A stretch of 64,000 nt of DNA from Saccostrea echinata. Its lineage: Eukaryota. How positions within the stretch are numbered: the first letter of the stretch is position 1; each line of letters starts with the position of its first letter. Under the pieces are notes generated by a model, which had not been told where the DNA came from, searched no databases, and was given only the letters and a program-made list of their open reading frames with translations. The stretch covers positions 4,650,001-4,714,000 of the forward strand of contig NW_026889769.1 in NCBI RefSeq assembly GCF_033153115.1, written 5' to 3'. Shown piece by piece: positions 10,873 through 22,499 of the stretch. Both the position numbers and the translations under genes were made by a program.

Positions 10873-12955
10873 ATGTCCCATTACAGGGTAAACAGCGTTA
10901 GTGGGTCGGCAGCCTCAGTCTCTTTTATTGGCATTCCGTACAGTGATATCGACAGAACAGGTTCTTTTAAGCAATTTTGGTATTGAAATCATGCAAAATG
11001 AGTAAGAAATTTATTTTAAGTTATTTTGTCAAAATTATAAAGTCAGAGCATGAGGATGTACTACATTTGTTAAAAACGAAAAGTTACAGATTAGATATAT
11101 ATCACTTGTCAATCAATTTATTCTCTCAAAATCATGTAAATGATACATGAGGTATAGAAACATATAAAAGCATCTAGACACATAATACAGTGGGTCAAGC
11201 AAAAGGTGCGATTAATTAATCCCAACTGATGGGGAGGACTGACTATACTTTTAATTTTAGAAGTAAATGTATATAATTTTTTCAAAGACTCAACATCTTT
11301 TAGACACATGACTTCACAGAACTTCACAGTTATTTGGTTAGAAGAAAATTGTCGGTTAAAAAAATCTTTTCTCAATTGCTTGTATGTAATATAGTGATAT
11401 TCATCTCATATCTGATTACTATTGTATAAGCTACATTTAAAAATGCTATAATTTTAACTTTTTGAAGATTCATAACCTTTACTATTTCACTTTTGAACGT
11501 ATTGATGTTTTAAACTTTGTATATTTTTAATCAAACTGCATCTGTCAAAAATATTATCTATATATTATATAAAAAATATTATATATTATATTTTTTTTAA
11601 AAATCCTGAAGTTTGTCATTTCTCCTTTATCATATTGTTTAGTAAATACATATATATAATGCTACATAATTTCTTTTCTTTTCCAAACACAAGTTTTGCC
11701 CAATGTATTATAATCTAGTAAATATTTATGTATAATGGTAACCGCCCAGTTTCTCCTGAATCATATAAATGTAAAAAATATTTTAAGGCTGCCTACCCTT
11801 TGAAAAAAAAAATAAGTATCCTTTTTTTCAAATTCAGACATAATTTCCAAAAAAAAAGTCGGAAAAAGTCGACTAGAACTATTGGACGTTGGATAGTGAC
11901 ATATTCGAAAGTTATTCTGATGTCACAGTTTTCGAAAAGTAAAAGTTAAAAACAAGATAAATCAGGAACGGCCAAAACATTTTCTGAAATGTAGCATTAT
12001 CATTGCACTAAATTTTTAACTATAGCAATTTACCATTTACCATATAAAAATATCGATTTATATATTTAATGAATTATTGACATTTTGCGAGATGTATTCT
12101 TGTAATTAAATCCATTAATTTATGTCTGTATACTAAAAAAATTCATCTCTACTATAGTTATGTAAATCGTTCTCCATTTTAATAGGACACTGGGCAGTCT
12201 GGTGTATTTCTAAAATGTTTGAAGCTGCACGCTTAGCGGCTCTCCTTGATGGGTTTCTGGACTACAGACGAATCATTGACGAGGAAAATGCCTTAGCCAT
12301 TATCAAGCAACAGTTGAATTTAGATCCTAAAGTACATAGTGTGAGTTTAACATCACCGATGAAATTAAAGTTTGATCATGAATTTAAACAATTAAAGAAA
12401 ACTTCCATCATGTTTGCTGTTAAGTTAAAAAACGAGGCCACAGAGGAAATTCTTGGAGAAAATTTCATAAAAGTGGTGAGAATAAATAGGAAAACACGGC
12501 GCTCTTCTTCATTTCCTGAATATTTCTACGAAAAATATGCAGCTTTCATGAATACCCCCGGTCATTCTGGCACTGAAAAAGAAGACTTACCGGAAATTCC
12601 CAGGCATGCTTATAAATATGTCGTTATTCCAGGACACAGCGACGAGGATTTCAATGGCCACCTGAATCAATCCTCCTTTATTCGATTTTGCATGGATGCA
12701 GCAACGAATGCGTCTTTGAAAGGGTATTATGAACATTACACAAGTGATATGTGTTTGTACCCCTCATTACAGTGGACTATAAGCTATGTTGGTGAGAGTC
12801 TTGCTGGTGATCAGCTAACTATATATACATGGCAAAAAGAAGATACTGCCGACAATATAAGATTTGCTATCGTACGAAATGGCAATCGAATTTTCTATGC
12901 GTCAACAGTATTTGGAAAAAACGCAAATGAAATAAGATTTTGGCATAAATTGTAA
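10873..12955 (+). CDS. Acyl-ACP-thioesterase-like double-hotdog protein, copy 2; join(10873..10960,12186..12955), 285 aa
   Basis: Exon A MSHYRVNSVSGSAASVSFIGIPYSDIDRTG, phase-1 GT..AG intron, exon B HWAVWCISKMFEAAR... Motifs DIDRTGH (first hotdog) and DEDFNGHLNQ..SYVGE (DxNxHxN..E, as in the catalytic hotdog of FatA/FatB-type enzymes). The donor GTTCTT is weak but positionally identical to copy 3. Confidence 0.85.
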
Positions 12956-13329
12956 ACAGATAATTGAATACTGATTTGTTATTGCATAACTCATTAACTG
13001 AAATTTTAAATTTATTTGTATTCAGAATTGTACCATTCAAGTCATTCTGTATACTTTGGTCGAAAGGCTTCTGCTGAAAATAGCGATCAAATGGCAGAAG
13101 ACAATACCTTTCACTGTTGAATGCATAAAAGAATAGAACATTTTCTTTAAATCAGCAAAATCAAAACATATTTACACTTTATTCAACCATTCTGTGTGAT
13201 GAATTAAAAAAAGAAACTGATATGATAAATACCTGTTTCTTCAATAAAAATGGCACTTAGAAATACACATATCTTGTGATTAGTTATCGTGAAGATTAAT
13301 CCGTTAAAAATAGTCTAATTCTGTTTAGT

Positions 13330-13582
13330 AAATTTTAAAATGATGCCGGAGTTCCTCATTGAGAATATATACATGTGTATGTTGTCTTTGAAGACCAGGT
13401 CTTCCAACAGTCTGGAATTTTTATAGATACCAATTGTGCCCTTTTAAAAGCCGGCCAGTTTTAAGGTCTTAATTAAAAGCGTCTACATGAGAAGAAAAAC
13501 CTTGCTTTGGCCTTCAATTCGACATAAACATATTTCGACCATGTTTTATCAATTAGCAATATTAAATTTCATTCAATTATAT
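13330..13582 (+). mobile_element. Penelope-like RT remnant
   Basis: Degraded MxEFLIxNIY..VVFxDQVFQQS.GI..DTNCA..FNST coding. Confidence 0.6.
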
Positions 13583-14645
13583 TGTAACCGGTTCTTGTAG
13601 AAATTAAAAATAACTGCAAGATGGTATATAAGGTTGGATTCTTAGTATTTATTCCGTGGAGATATATAGTTGATTTCAAGATGAAATAAATGTTTTAAAT
13701 CAACCCTAAAATAACAATAACAACATATAAATACATAGACAACATATAAACAAGCACATTCACTTTACAACACAAAACGATCACAATTTAAACACATAGA
13801 ACATTCATTTAGGCCATTACTTTACACTTCATATAAACGCATTCAAAGGGCAATAACTCTTTGAAACTCTTACTGAATTAATGATGTAAATTATATTTCT
13901 CTATACTGAAATATTTACAATACTTTAAAAATATGAGTTTAACATACCAGTGTATGGAACAAAGTGATTTATCTCTTGATCAGGATGACTTTAAGAGTTA
14001 TTACATGATGACCTAATGGATTAATAAATTATAAAATCATAATAATTCAAACCCAGATCTTAATAACAAAGATCTACATGAATTAGATTAAAACATAACT
14101 TGCTCTTACTTTACAATATCAATCTTAACTTTAATAACTTTAGAACTTTCACTCTAGCACATTCATACTCATTTAGCAAGTTTATATTAAAATACTTTAT
14201 TGTTTCATTCATTACCTTTAATTTTAATTTATAATCATTTAATTAGTTGAAGAAAAGGATTTACTTACTATTTATGGATGTTTAATATACTCCAATATAT
14301 ATATAAATCAAATTATAACAGACAACCAGATCTCTACATCCTTCTCAGACAAAAATCTCTGAATAGAATCATAAAACAAAGGTTTCCCGCCTGAATGGAC
14401 AACTTTGACCAAACAATACCAACTGACCAATAGAATGTATGAAAACAGACAATACCCTTATTTATAAATGGACTAATCCATATATCTACCTTAACCCATA
14501 GTCTTTGGGTTAAACCATTATTTAAATAGGGATGTTTATGATATTAGTAATGCAGGCGCAGCGCTTGTATAGATGTATGGATTAATGAATAAATGAAATT
14601 CCTGAAATAAATTAAAATAAAATAAAACTAAGTACAACTACCACA
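13583..14645. mobile_element. Solo LTR (1063 bp), Gypsy-like by TSD length
   Basis: TGT...ACA termini, 4-bp TSD ATAT (13579-13582 / 14646-14649), absent from the paralogous site at about 147-160 (CAATTATATGATAA). Confidence 0.8.
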
Positions 14646-15469
14646 ATATGATAAACTGGATGGCTAAAACTTTTCGATCGACAATTTTCCTTATTTGTAT
14701 AACAACATAATACTATCATCTGTGGTTATGTCTTTCAATTTATCTTATGGTGACAAAGGATATATTTTGAGATTAAGTAACCGTCAAAATTTGAGGGAAA
14801 ATACGGAACCTTAAGGTTTTAATGCATATTTTATTTATTGTTTGAAAACACAGACTGAGATCAAAAGTGAGCTCGTCTAAGTTCTGTGGCCCCGGAGCCT
14901 GATCTTACCTCTGGTGTTTTCAGGGTTCCATATTTGTCTTGCTGTAATTTATAATTTTTATCGTTGAATTGGATTTTTTAACTCGATCATTATTCATTAT
15001 CTTAATATTACATAGATCTTAAACTACTATTCATATTTCAGAGTCGGTGCTGTTAGATGATTGGTTTGAAATTTTTTCCAGAAAGATTAGAAATATGCGT
15101 CAATTTTAGTATTTATATGCTTTAACAAACACTATTTTTTTAATCTGCTTGTGTACGTGAAATGGACATTTTAAAAATGACAGCCTCTCAATCACTGAGT
15201 TGATCATTCCTTCATTATACTGTGTAACATGCTTCATATTAAACCTTTGTTTTTCCGGCACTTATATTTTGCACTCCTTGCTTACTTTGCACTCAAATTT
15301 GTCAAAACTTCGCTTCACTAATATTTTTGATAATTCTTTCGAATTATGATATATACATGTATATCATAAACGAAATATATGGTTTTTAACTATAAAGTCT
15401 CCTTGAGTTATTGTTTTATATAGATCTCTATCAAAATTTAACATAACTAGCTTTCCATAATAAATTGTA

Positions 15470-15660
15470 AACAAAGGGAAGATAACTCACATCTAAGAAC
15501 TTTAAACTCGTGCAGTTCTACATTATCACCTTTTTAAAACCAAACAGTCGATATACAGTATTTCTTTGTAGTTTATATTTTACACACAACTAAACCGGAT
15601 AGTTTTTGGATACTTATAACAGTTCATGGTGAGTGTACACTTTCCCGCATCATTAAATTA
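15470..15660 (+). promoter_or_regulatory. Putative promoter and non-coding exon 1 of thioesterase copy 3 (donor GTGAGT at 15629)
   Basis: Paralogous to 8225-8420; acceptor ctttcag at 16991 lies just before the ATG at 16997. Confidence 0.6.
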
Positions 15661-15894
15661 AGGTCATATCATAAATTCATTATTTACGTGATATTAAAAG
15701 AGTCAGTTCCGTTTAATAAGTAATTCCAGACATATTAACAAAGTGAAGCAAGTCTCAATAAATAAAATATAATACCTGGGATAAGAAATTTATTAGGTCC
15801 ATGTAAACATCAATGGCTTGCATCGAAAAAGTCTTTTGGAAGGATACCGTTTTGGAGTAAGATCACATTACCTAACTGTATATTATTCGATGAA

Positions 15895-16050
15895 ATATGA
15901 AGATAACAAACAGTATTCAAGCTCAAAGGTCCATTGAAAACAGTTCAAATTCAGAGCAGAGCAAACACGGACCTCTAAAAACATCAGATGTGGGATCAGG
16001 TGCCATGGAGGAGTATGCATCCCCTGCCGACAGGACATACCCGCCTGCTT
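15895..16050 (-). mobile_element. Penelope-like 3' terminal fragment
   Basis: GAAGATAAC..CAGAGCAAACACGGACCTCT..GTGGGATCAGGTGCCATGGAGGAGTATGCATCCCCTG. Confidence 0.6.
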
Positions 16051-16798
16051 CTTGACATGCCATAATAGTGCTAAACGAAAATCATTACGTATTATAGAGA
16101 ATCCGAAACATTAGAAACATTTGAGCATCGAATTGTAAATTTTGGAGTTCATGGTGTCATAACATGGATTGCTGTGCTAGCTACAAAATATACAATTAAA
16201 TACTAATATTCACTTTTATCGATTTCATGGAAGTTTGATGATATATCACTTCTTTGAATATATTATGCCTATTTAAATGACATACACCACATTTGTATAG
16301 CTAAAATGAGAGAGCAGCCGTTACTGTTCAACGTGAGCTTGAATTTTGATTTTTCCGTTTATTACTATGTTCAAAGTTTGTAACGTCAAAATAAAAATCC
16401 TCTTAATGTTCGTGTTACGATGTTTTGAATGCCGAAGCTTTAAACGCATTCAATAGGAACAATGCTTATGGGTATGTAACTAATATTGATATGCAAAATT
16501 AAAAGGAAAAAAGAGAAAATTTCAAAATTAATAATATGCGGGAAATTTTGTTTCACCATGGTGGACCATTGTTTCATTTTTGTAGAGTTTTTAAAAGAAA
16601 GGATACCCAAGTGTTAAGTGCTATGCTAAAATTTTCATGTAGTGTAAATTCGATTTTTTTTTTCAAACATACCCCTGAGCTCTTGACTTGCTTATATACA
16701 TAGCTATATTTTCAGTAAAAAAAAAATACGCAATACTTATGAGAAAAAAAATTAGCTTTTACTGTAGGTTACATTATAACTGTAAATATTGTAACTCT

Positions 16799-16944
16799 NN
16801 NNNNNNNNNNNNNNNNNNNNNNNNNNNNNNNNNNNNNNNNNNNNNNNNNNNNNNNNNNNNNNNNNNNNNNNNNNNNNNNNNNNNNNNNNNNNNNNNNNNN
16901 NNNNNNNNNNNNNNNNNNNNNNNNNNNNNNNNNNNNNNNNNNNN
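16799..16944. other. Assembly gap (146 N)
   Basis: Run of N. Confidence 1.
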
Positions 16945-16996
16945 ACATGCTTACGCTGTTCAATCAGATGTGCATTTATTTGCACTTTCAGGTAAA

Positions 16997-18036
16997 ATGT
17001 CGCATTACAAAATATTTTCGACAAGTGGAACATCAGCATCTGTTTCATTTTTTGGGATCCCTTATGCAGACTTTGACAGAACAGGTATTATTCCCTATCT
17101 TTAAAAAGGTATAAATGAAATATACGTTTAAAATTTTATCTGAGTAAAAAAAAACAAACCATACTGATTATAAGACAAATACCACAAATGAAACTGTCAC
17201 TTAGCGTATGATGTTGCCACTTTGCTATTCTTTATGATTTTCTATTTGAATCAAATTTTTCTAAAGGGCATTGGGCAGTATGGTGTATTTCGAAGATGTT
17301 TGAAGCCGCCCGAATAATTGCATTGTATAATGGATTTCTAAATTTTACTAAAATTGATGGACGAGAGGCAGGTATGGTGATTGTGAAACAGCAGTTAAAA
17401 CTCAGTCCCAAGTTACACGAAATGACCTTAAAATCGAAAACTCAGTTGTTATTTGACATGGTGCTGCTAGAAGTCGGAAAAACGTCTATTTTATATCGGA
17501 TACAATTCAAAGATGGGTCCACTAATGAAATTCTTGGTGAGAATTTTCTCAAATTTGTCAGAATGAGCAGAAAAACAAGACGACCTATGGTATTTCCAGA
17601 CTGGTTCTACGAATTGTACGCATCGTATATGAATTCTTCCGGTCATCCAGTTTTGTCGAAAGAACCTTTGCCTGAAATTCCAGACAATGCATATAAATTC
17701 GTTGTTGTTCCAAATCATAGTGACACGGACAGGAACAATCACGTGAACCAATCATCATACATCAAATTTTGTATGGATGTTGCCACAAAAGCAGCCTTAA
17801 GTGGACATTATGTTCACTTTTCTGAAGACATGTGTCTCTACGCCTCCCTTCAATGGACAATAAGTTACGTTGGTGAAAGCATGGCAAATGACGAACTTAA
17901 TATATTTACTTGGCAAAGGGAGTATAAACCAGAACACATATATTTTTCAATTTTGTTAAAAGGTAGACCAATTTTTCATGCTTCAACAATTTTCGATGAG
18001 GAGGCAAAAGGAATCAGAATAGCTTCTAGAATATAA
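16997..18036 (+). CDS. Acyl-ACP-thioesterase-like double-hotdog protein, copy 3; join(16997..17084,17267..18036), 285 aa
   Basis: MSHYKIFSTSGTSASVSFFGIPYADFDRTG|HWAVWCISKMFEAAR..., 182-bp GT-AG phase-1 intron, HSDTDRNNHVNQ and SYVGE motifs, AATAAA at about 18065. Confidence 0.88.
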
Positions 18037-18561
18037 AAAAAAAAGTATATTGAAAATTAAAAAGAATAAAACAAAATCGTCATATACTAGTACTGCATCA
18101 ATCATGTAAATGATCATTGATGTTTCGAAAACCCTTCTACATGAATATGGATCACTGATTAAGTAATTCTAACTACATCTATGAAAATACTGTTTATGAA
18201 TTGATATGTACGTAATAAAAATATACCTCTATATCGCCCTTAGTTAATGTTTTAATTAATGAATACTTATATTATGATTGTATGGTACCTGTAAGTCTCA
18301 AATGTAAGGAATTCAACGTCTTATTTAATAAAACATGTTCGTTATCGATGATTTCTTTCGTAGTTTTGCATTTGGTGACAGACAAGAGAAAGATTAATTT
18401 TTATACCAATATTTTGCCTATTCAAACTTTACCTGTTATGCCTGCATTTAAGAAGTGTCGACACATAAAACAACCCTTGATTAAGCATTGTTGCAGCCAA
18501 ATTTGCAATTGTCATTTTTCACTATTAAAACTTTATTTTTTCTAAAAAATAATGTTTAAAA

Positions 18562-19934
18562 TAAGGATGTCAATTTCATTTGGATAACCTAGTCGAATTA
18601 TCAGGAGGCTTTAGTCGAGCGATGGTCGAATACTCATTTTAATAATATATTTTCAAGTCAGTTTAGCTTTTTGTCATTTTTCAGACTGCTTATTTTCAAT
18701 GTTTAAATCAAGCTACCATCACACATAACGTATTTCTCAATATACATGTGTAAGTACATAGTAGAAATACCTTAATTATCTTTATCTGATTTAAAAGTAT
18801 TTTTTACCACATATTTTATCCAAACACACTTTATCAAATACTATGACTTGTCATAAAAATATCATTTGACACCATTTGATTGGACCCGTGACTGGTACTA
18901 ATTATCAAAACATTAAGAAACAAGATGTGTTTGTGAAACACTGATTCCCCAGTAAGACAGCTTACTTCCAAGGTGAAAGTTTTTCAAATTTTGGTCAAAC
19001 TCCAAGGTCAAGGTAAAGAAGTCAAAAATGTCGGTGCCCAAAGAACTTGTCACAAAGAATACACGTGAAATATGAAAGCCGTATCTCTAATCATAAGTTA
19101 TGGCCAATGTTAAAGTCTTTAAAAGTAGGTCAAACTCCATGGTCAAGAGTTAAAAAGTTTTGGTACTCAAAAGAAAGGTCTCGTCACAAGGAATACACCC
19201 AAGAAACATGAAAGCCATAACACTAACCGATCAAATATTATGGGCAAGGTTAATGTTTTCCAAAAGTAAGTCAAACTTCAAGGTCAAGAATTCAAAAGTA
19301 TCGGTATTCTAAGAAATGTCTTGTCACAAGAAATTTTAACGAGAAATACGAAAGCCCTAGCACTAAGCGTTCAGAAGTTATGGACAAAGTTAAAGTTTTC
19401 CAAAAATAGGTGAAACTTCAAGGTATGAAATATGAAAAAAAAAAATAGTGTCAACTATCTAAAAATTATGCAATTAAGGTAAAAATTTGGTAAAAGTTTA
19501 TAAAAATATAGGTCAAACTCCAAGGTCAAGAGTTCAAAAATGTTGGTGTTCAAACTGCGAGGTCAAGAGGTCAAATATGTTGGTACTCAAAGAAAGGTCT
19601 TGTCACAAGAAATACAAATGAAATATCAAATATGAAAGTCATAGCACTAACCATTCAAATGTTACGGGCAAGGTTAACGTTTTTGTGGACAAACAGAGAA
19701 ACAGACAGACGGACAGACCAAAACTATATGCCCCGAATCTTTTATCACCCGGGGGGGGGGGGGGGGGTTGAGACGATTTTTTTTATTGTATTGTTTAAAT
19801 AAAAACATAAGAAGAGGGTAAATACATGTAACTCGTTAGAAATGTGCTAATCAGTAACCGAATAAAAAATGTACAGTCGATAGTCAGTATGACCGAGTGA
19901 TAATCGAGTACCCGAATACTCGTTGATATCCCTA
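18562..19934. mobile_element. hAT-type MITE containing a nested HINE
   Basis: TIRs TAAGGATGTCAA / TTGATATCCCTA, 8-bp TSD GTTTAAAA / ATTTAAAA (7 of 8 match); TIR family shared with 56692-57543. Confidence 0.65.
18919..19768 (+). mobile_element. HINE with an array of about 140-150-bp monomers
   Basis: AACAAGATGTGTTTGTGAAACAC start, monomers with AGGTCAAACTCCAAGGTCAAG..CTTGTCACAAG, (GACA)n, AAAACTATATGCCCC end-box. Confidence 0.8.
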
Positions 19935-21361
19935 ATTTAAAACAATAAACGTTTCTACCAGATAAGTTTGGCATCTTTTTTGCTTTGAGAGTTTATGCTG
20001 TTAATAACATGATTAATTCATACATGGACAGAAAACGTTTTACTTGGATAAAAATAATAAACACATAGAGCGTATGAAATCGAAAAAAATACGACTAATT
20101 TTTGCAGTCAGCGTAGACGTCAAAGGACAGCATATAATTGTAATCCGCCCTTAAAGTCAATGATTTATTCTCAAAGGCGAAACCAGGACTTAACCATTGA
20201 TGAACATCATCCATCAGTTCAGATTGTAAGGTATGGTATAAATCGGGCGTTAACCAGTTCCTATCATGTTAATGCATGATATGAACAGAAATATACATTA
20301 TTAAATTTAATAGTTTTTAATACATGATGTAAACAGAAATATAAATTATTTAATTATTTTTTTTTCAAAGATTCTTGGATATTCGAAAGCATTTTAAATA
20401 TTCATCTTTCGAGTCTTTTTTCCCAAGATTTTAGGTTGATACATCTTTTTTGTGCTTAAGGACAGTCTTAAATCTTAATTTGACAATCTAATTATGCTTG
20501 TCCAAGAAATCTTTAAATCTGTAATGACGTGAAGAGATATGTTTATAAATGATTGTTTAACTTGATTTTAAAAGTGGCTTTAATTCAAGATACTGAAACA
20601 ATTATATATAATGAACACTAATTTATACATGCACTATTTTGCCATATTACATATGTTATGGTTTAAACATTATTTTACTCAACAAAAGATCAGAAACAAA
20701 TTATTACAACTTAGAAGTTCTCCTTACATGTAATTACTAAATGTAATTATCACGAATAATTGAATGAAGATACTTTGATGGATTAGTACGTGTAAGATGT
20801 ATACACATATCTATAATATACACTGCATAAAATACGTACAGACGAAAGTGAAGCAGAATTTTTAAAATCATTTGAATCTGTTGGAATAAGATAAACGTTT
20901 GAGAACTGCAGAAATTATAAAGTATAAGATGTGTATCAATGATGTTCAGATCAAATCTTTGTTCATAAAAAAGTTCTCACATGCTGGAAATAATTTGTTT
21001 GATAAATTACTTAATTTAAAAAAAGGATTTTGTGCATTTAGTTGAACTTAGGTGAGCTGATAACAGTACGCCTGTGTCATACTCTAACGAACACACTGAA
21101 AAAAGTATTTGGGAAGGTAAATGCAGATTCCGTGATCCTTTGTGGTAATTGTAGTGAAAATGAAACGCACAGTGTTGGTACAATGACAAGTGACACAACA
21201 GAAATTTAATAACATTTCATTCAAAATTCATTAGCAGTGGTTTAGAACAACGACTTCTGCACATTAACAAATCTTAGGAAAAAAAATTTTCAAACCACTA
21301 ATGTACAAATAATACCTTCTTAATTGACGATTGATCTTAACTATAAACATTACAAAATAAC

Positions 21362-21991
21362 TTTTTTCTGCCCCCGTATCGAAGATTCGGGGGCATATAG
21401 TTTTTGCCCTGTCCGTCTGTCTGTCTGTCTGTTTGTCCGCAAAAACTTTAACTTTGTCCATAACTTTTGACTGGTTGGAGCTATGGCTTTAATATTTCAC
21501 ATGTGTATTTCTTGTGGCAAGATCTTTCTCTGGATACCATCATATGTGACCTTCTGACCTTGACCTTGGAGTTTGACCCAGTTTTGCAAAATTTTACCCA
21601 ACTTTAACATTGGCCATAACTTTTGAATAGTTGGTGCTAGGGCTTTCATACTTCACACGTGTAATCCTTGTGACAAGACCTTTCTTCGAAAACCAACAAC
21701 TTTGACCTTTTAACCTTGACCTAGGAGTTTGACCTACTTTTGAAAAACTTTAACCTTGGTCATACCTTTTGAACAACTAGAGCTAGGACTTTCATACTTC
21801 ATATATGTAATTCTTGTGACAAGACCTTTCTTTGGATACATGTACCAACAACTTTGACCTTAACCTTGAAGTTTGAACTACTTTTGGAAAATTTTAACCT
21901 TGGCCATAACTTTTGAACAGTTGGGCTAGGGCTTTCATTCTTCACATATGTAATCCTTGTGACAAGTCCCTTCCTTGGATACCAACAACTT

Positions 21992-22022
<31 letters not shown>

Positions 22023-22137
22023 GGAAAACTTTGACCTTGGACAGAACTTTTGAGCAGTTGGTGCTAGGGCTTTCATATTTAATATGTCTATTCCTTGTGA
22101 CAAGACCTTTCTTTGGATACCAACAATTGTAATCCAT

Positions 22138-22168
<31 letters not shown>

Positions 22169-22499
22169 AAAAACCTTTAACCTTGGACATAACTTTTGAA
22201 TGATTGGTGCTTTGGCTTTCATATTTCACCTGTGTATTTCTTGAAAGGACTTTCCTTGGGCAACATTAATTTTGACCATTTGTGCTTGACCTTGATGTTT
22301 GACATACTTTTGAAAATTTTTTTAACCTTTTCCATATCTATTCAATGGTTGCTCCTAGGGCTTTCCTATTTCACAGGTATATTCCTCGAGACAAGACCTT
22401 ACTTTGGGTACCAACATATTTGATTTGCATTTGAGAAAGTTTAAACTTTGCTATAAGTTACCAAACAGGGGCATCAGTGTTTCACAAACACATCCTGTT
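21362..22499 (-). mobile_element. HINE of the same family as 18919-19768, in inverted orientation
   Basis: Terminal palindrome TGCCCCCG..CGGGGGCATATAG, (TGTC)n, about 6-7 monomers of about 145 bp, GTGTTTCACAAACACATCCTGTT end. Confidence 0.85.

Noticed and set aside
16688-17104. ORFs spanning the N-run
   Set aside because: Artefacts of the gap; only 16997-17084 is a real exon
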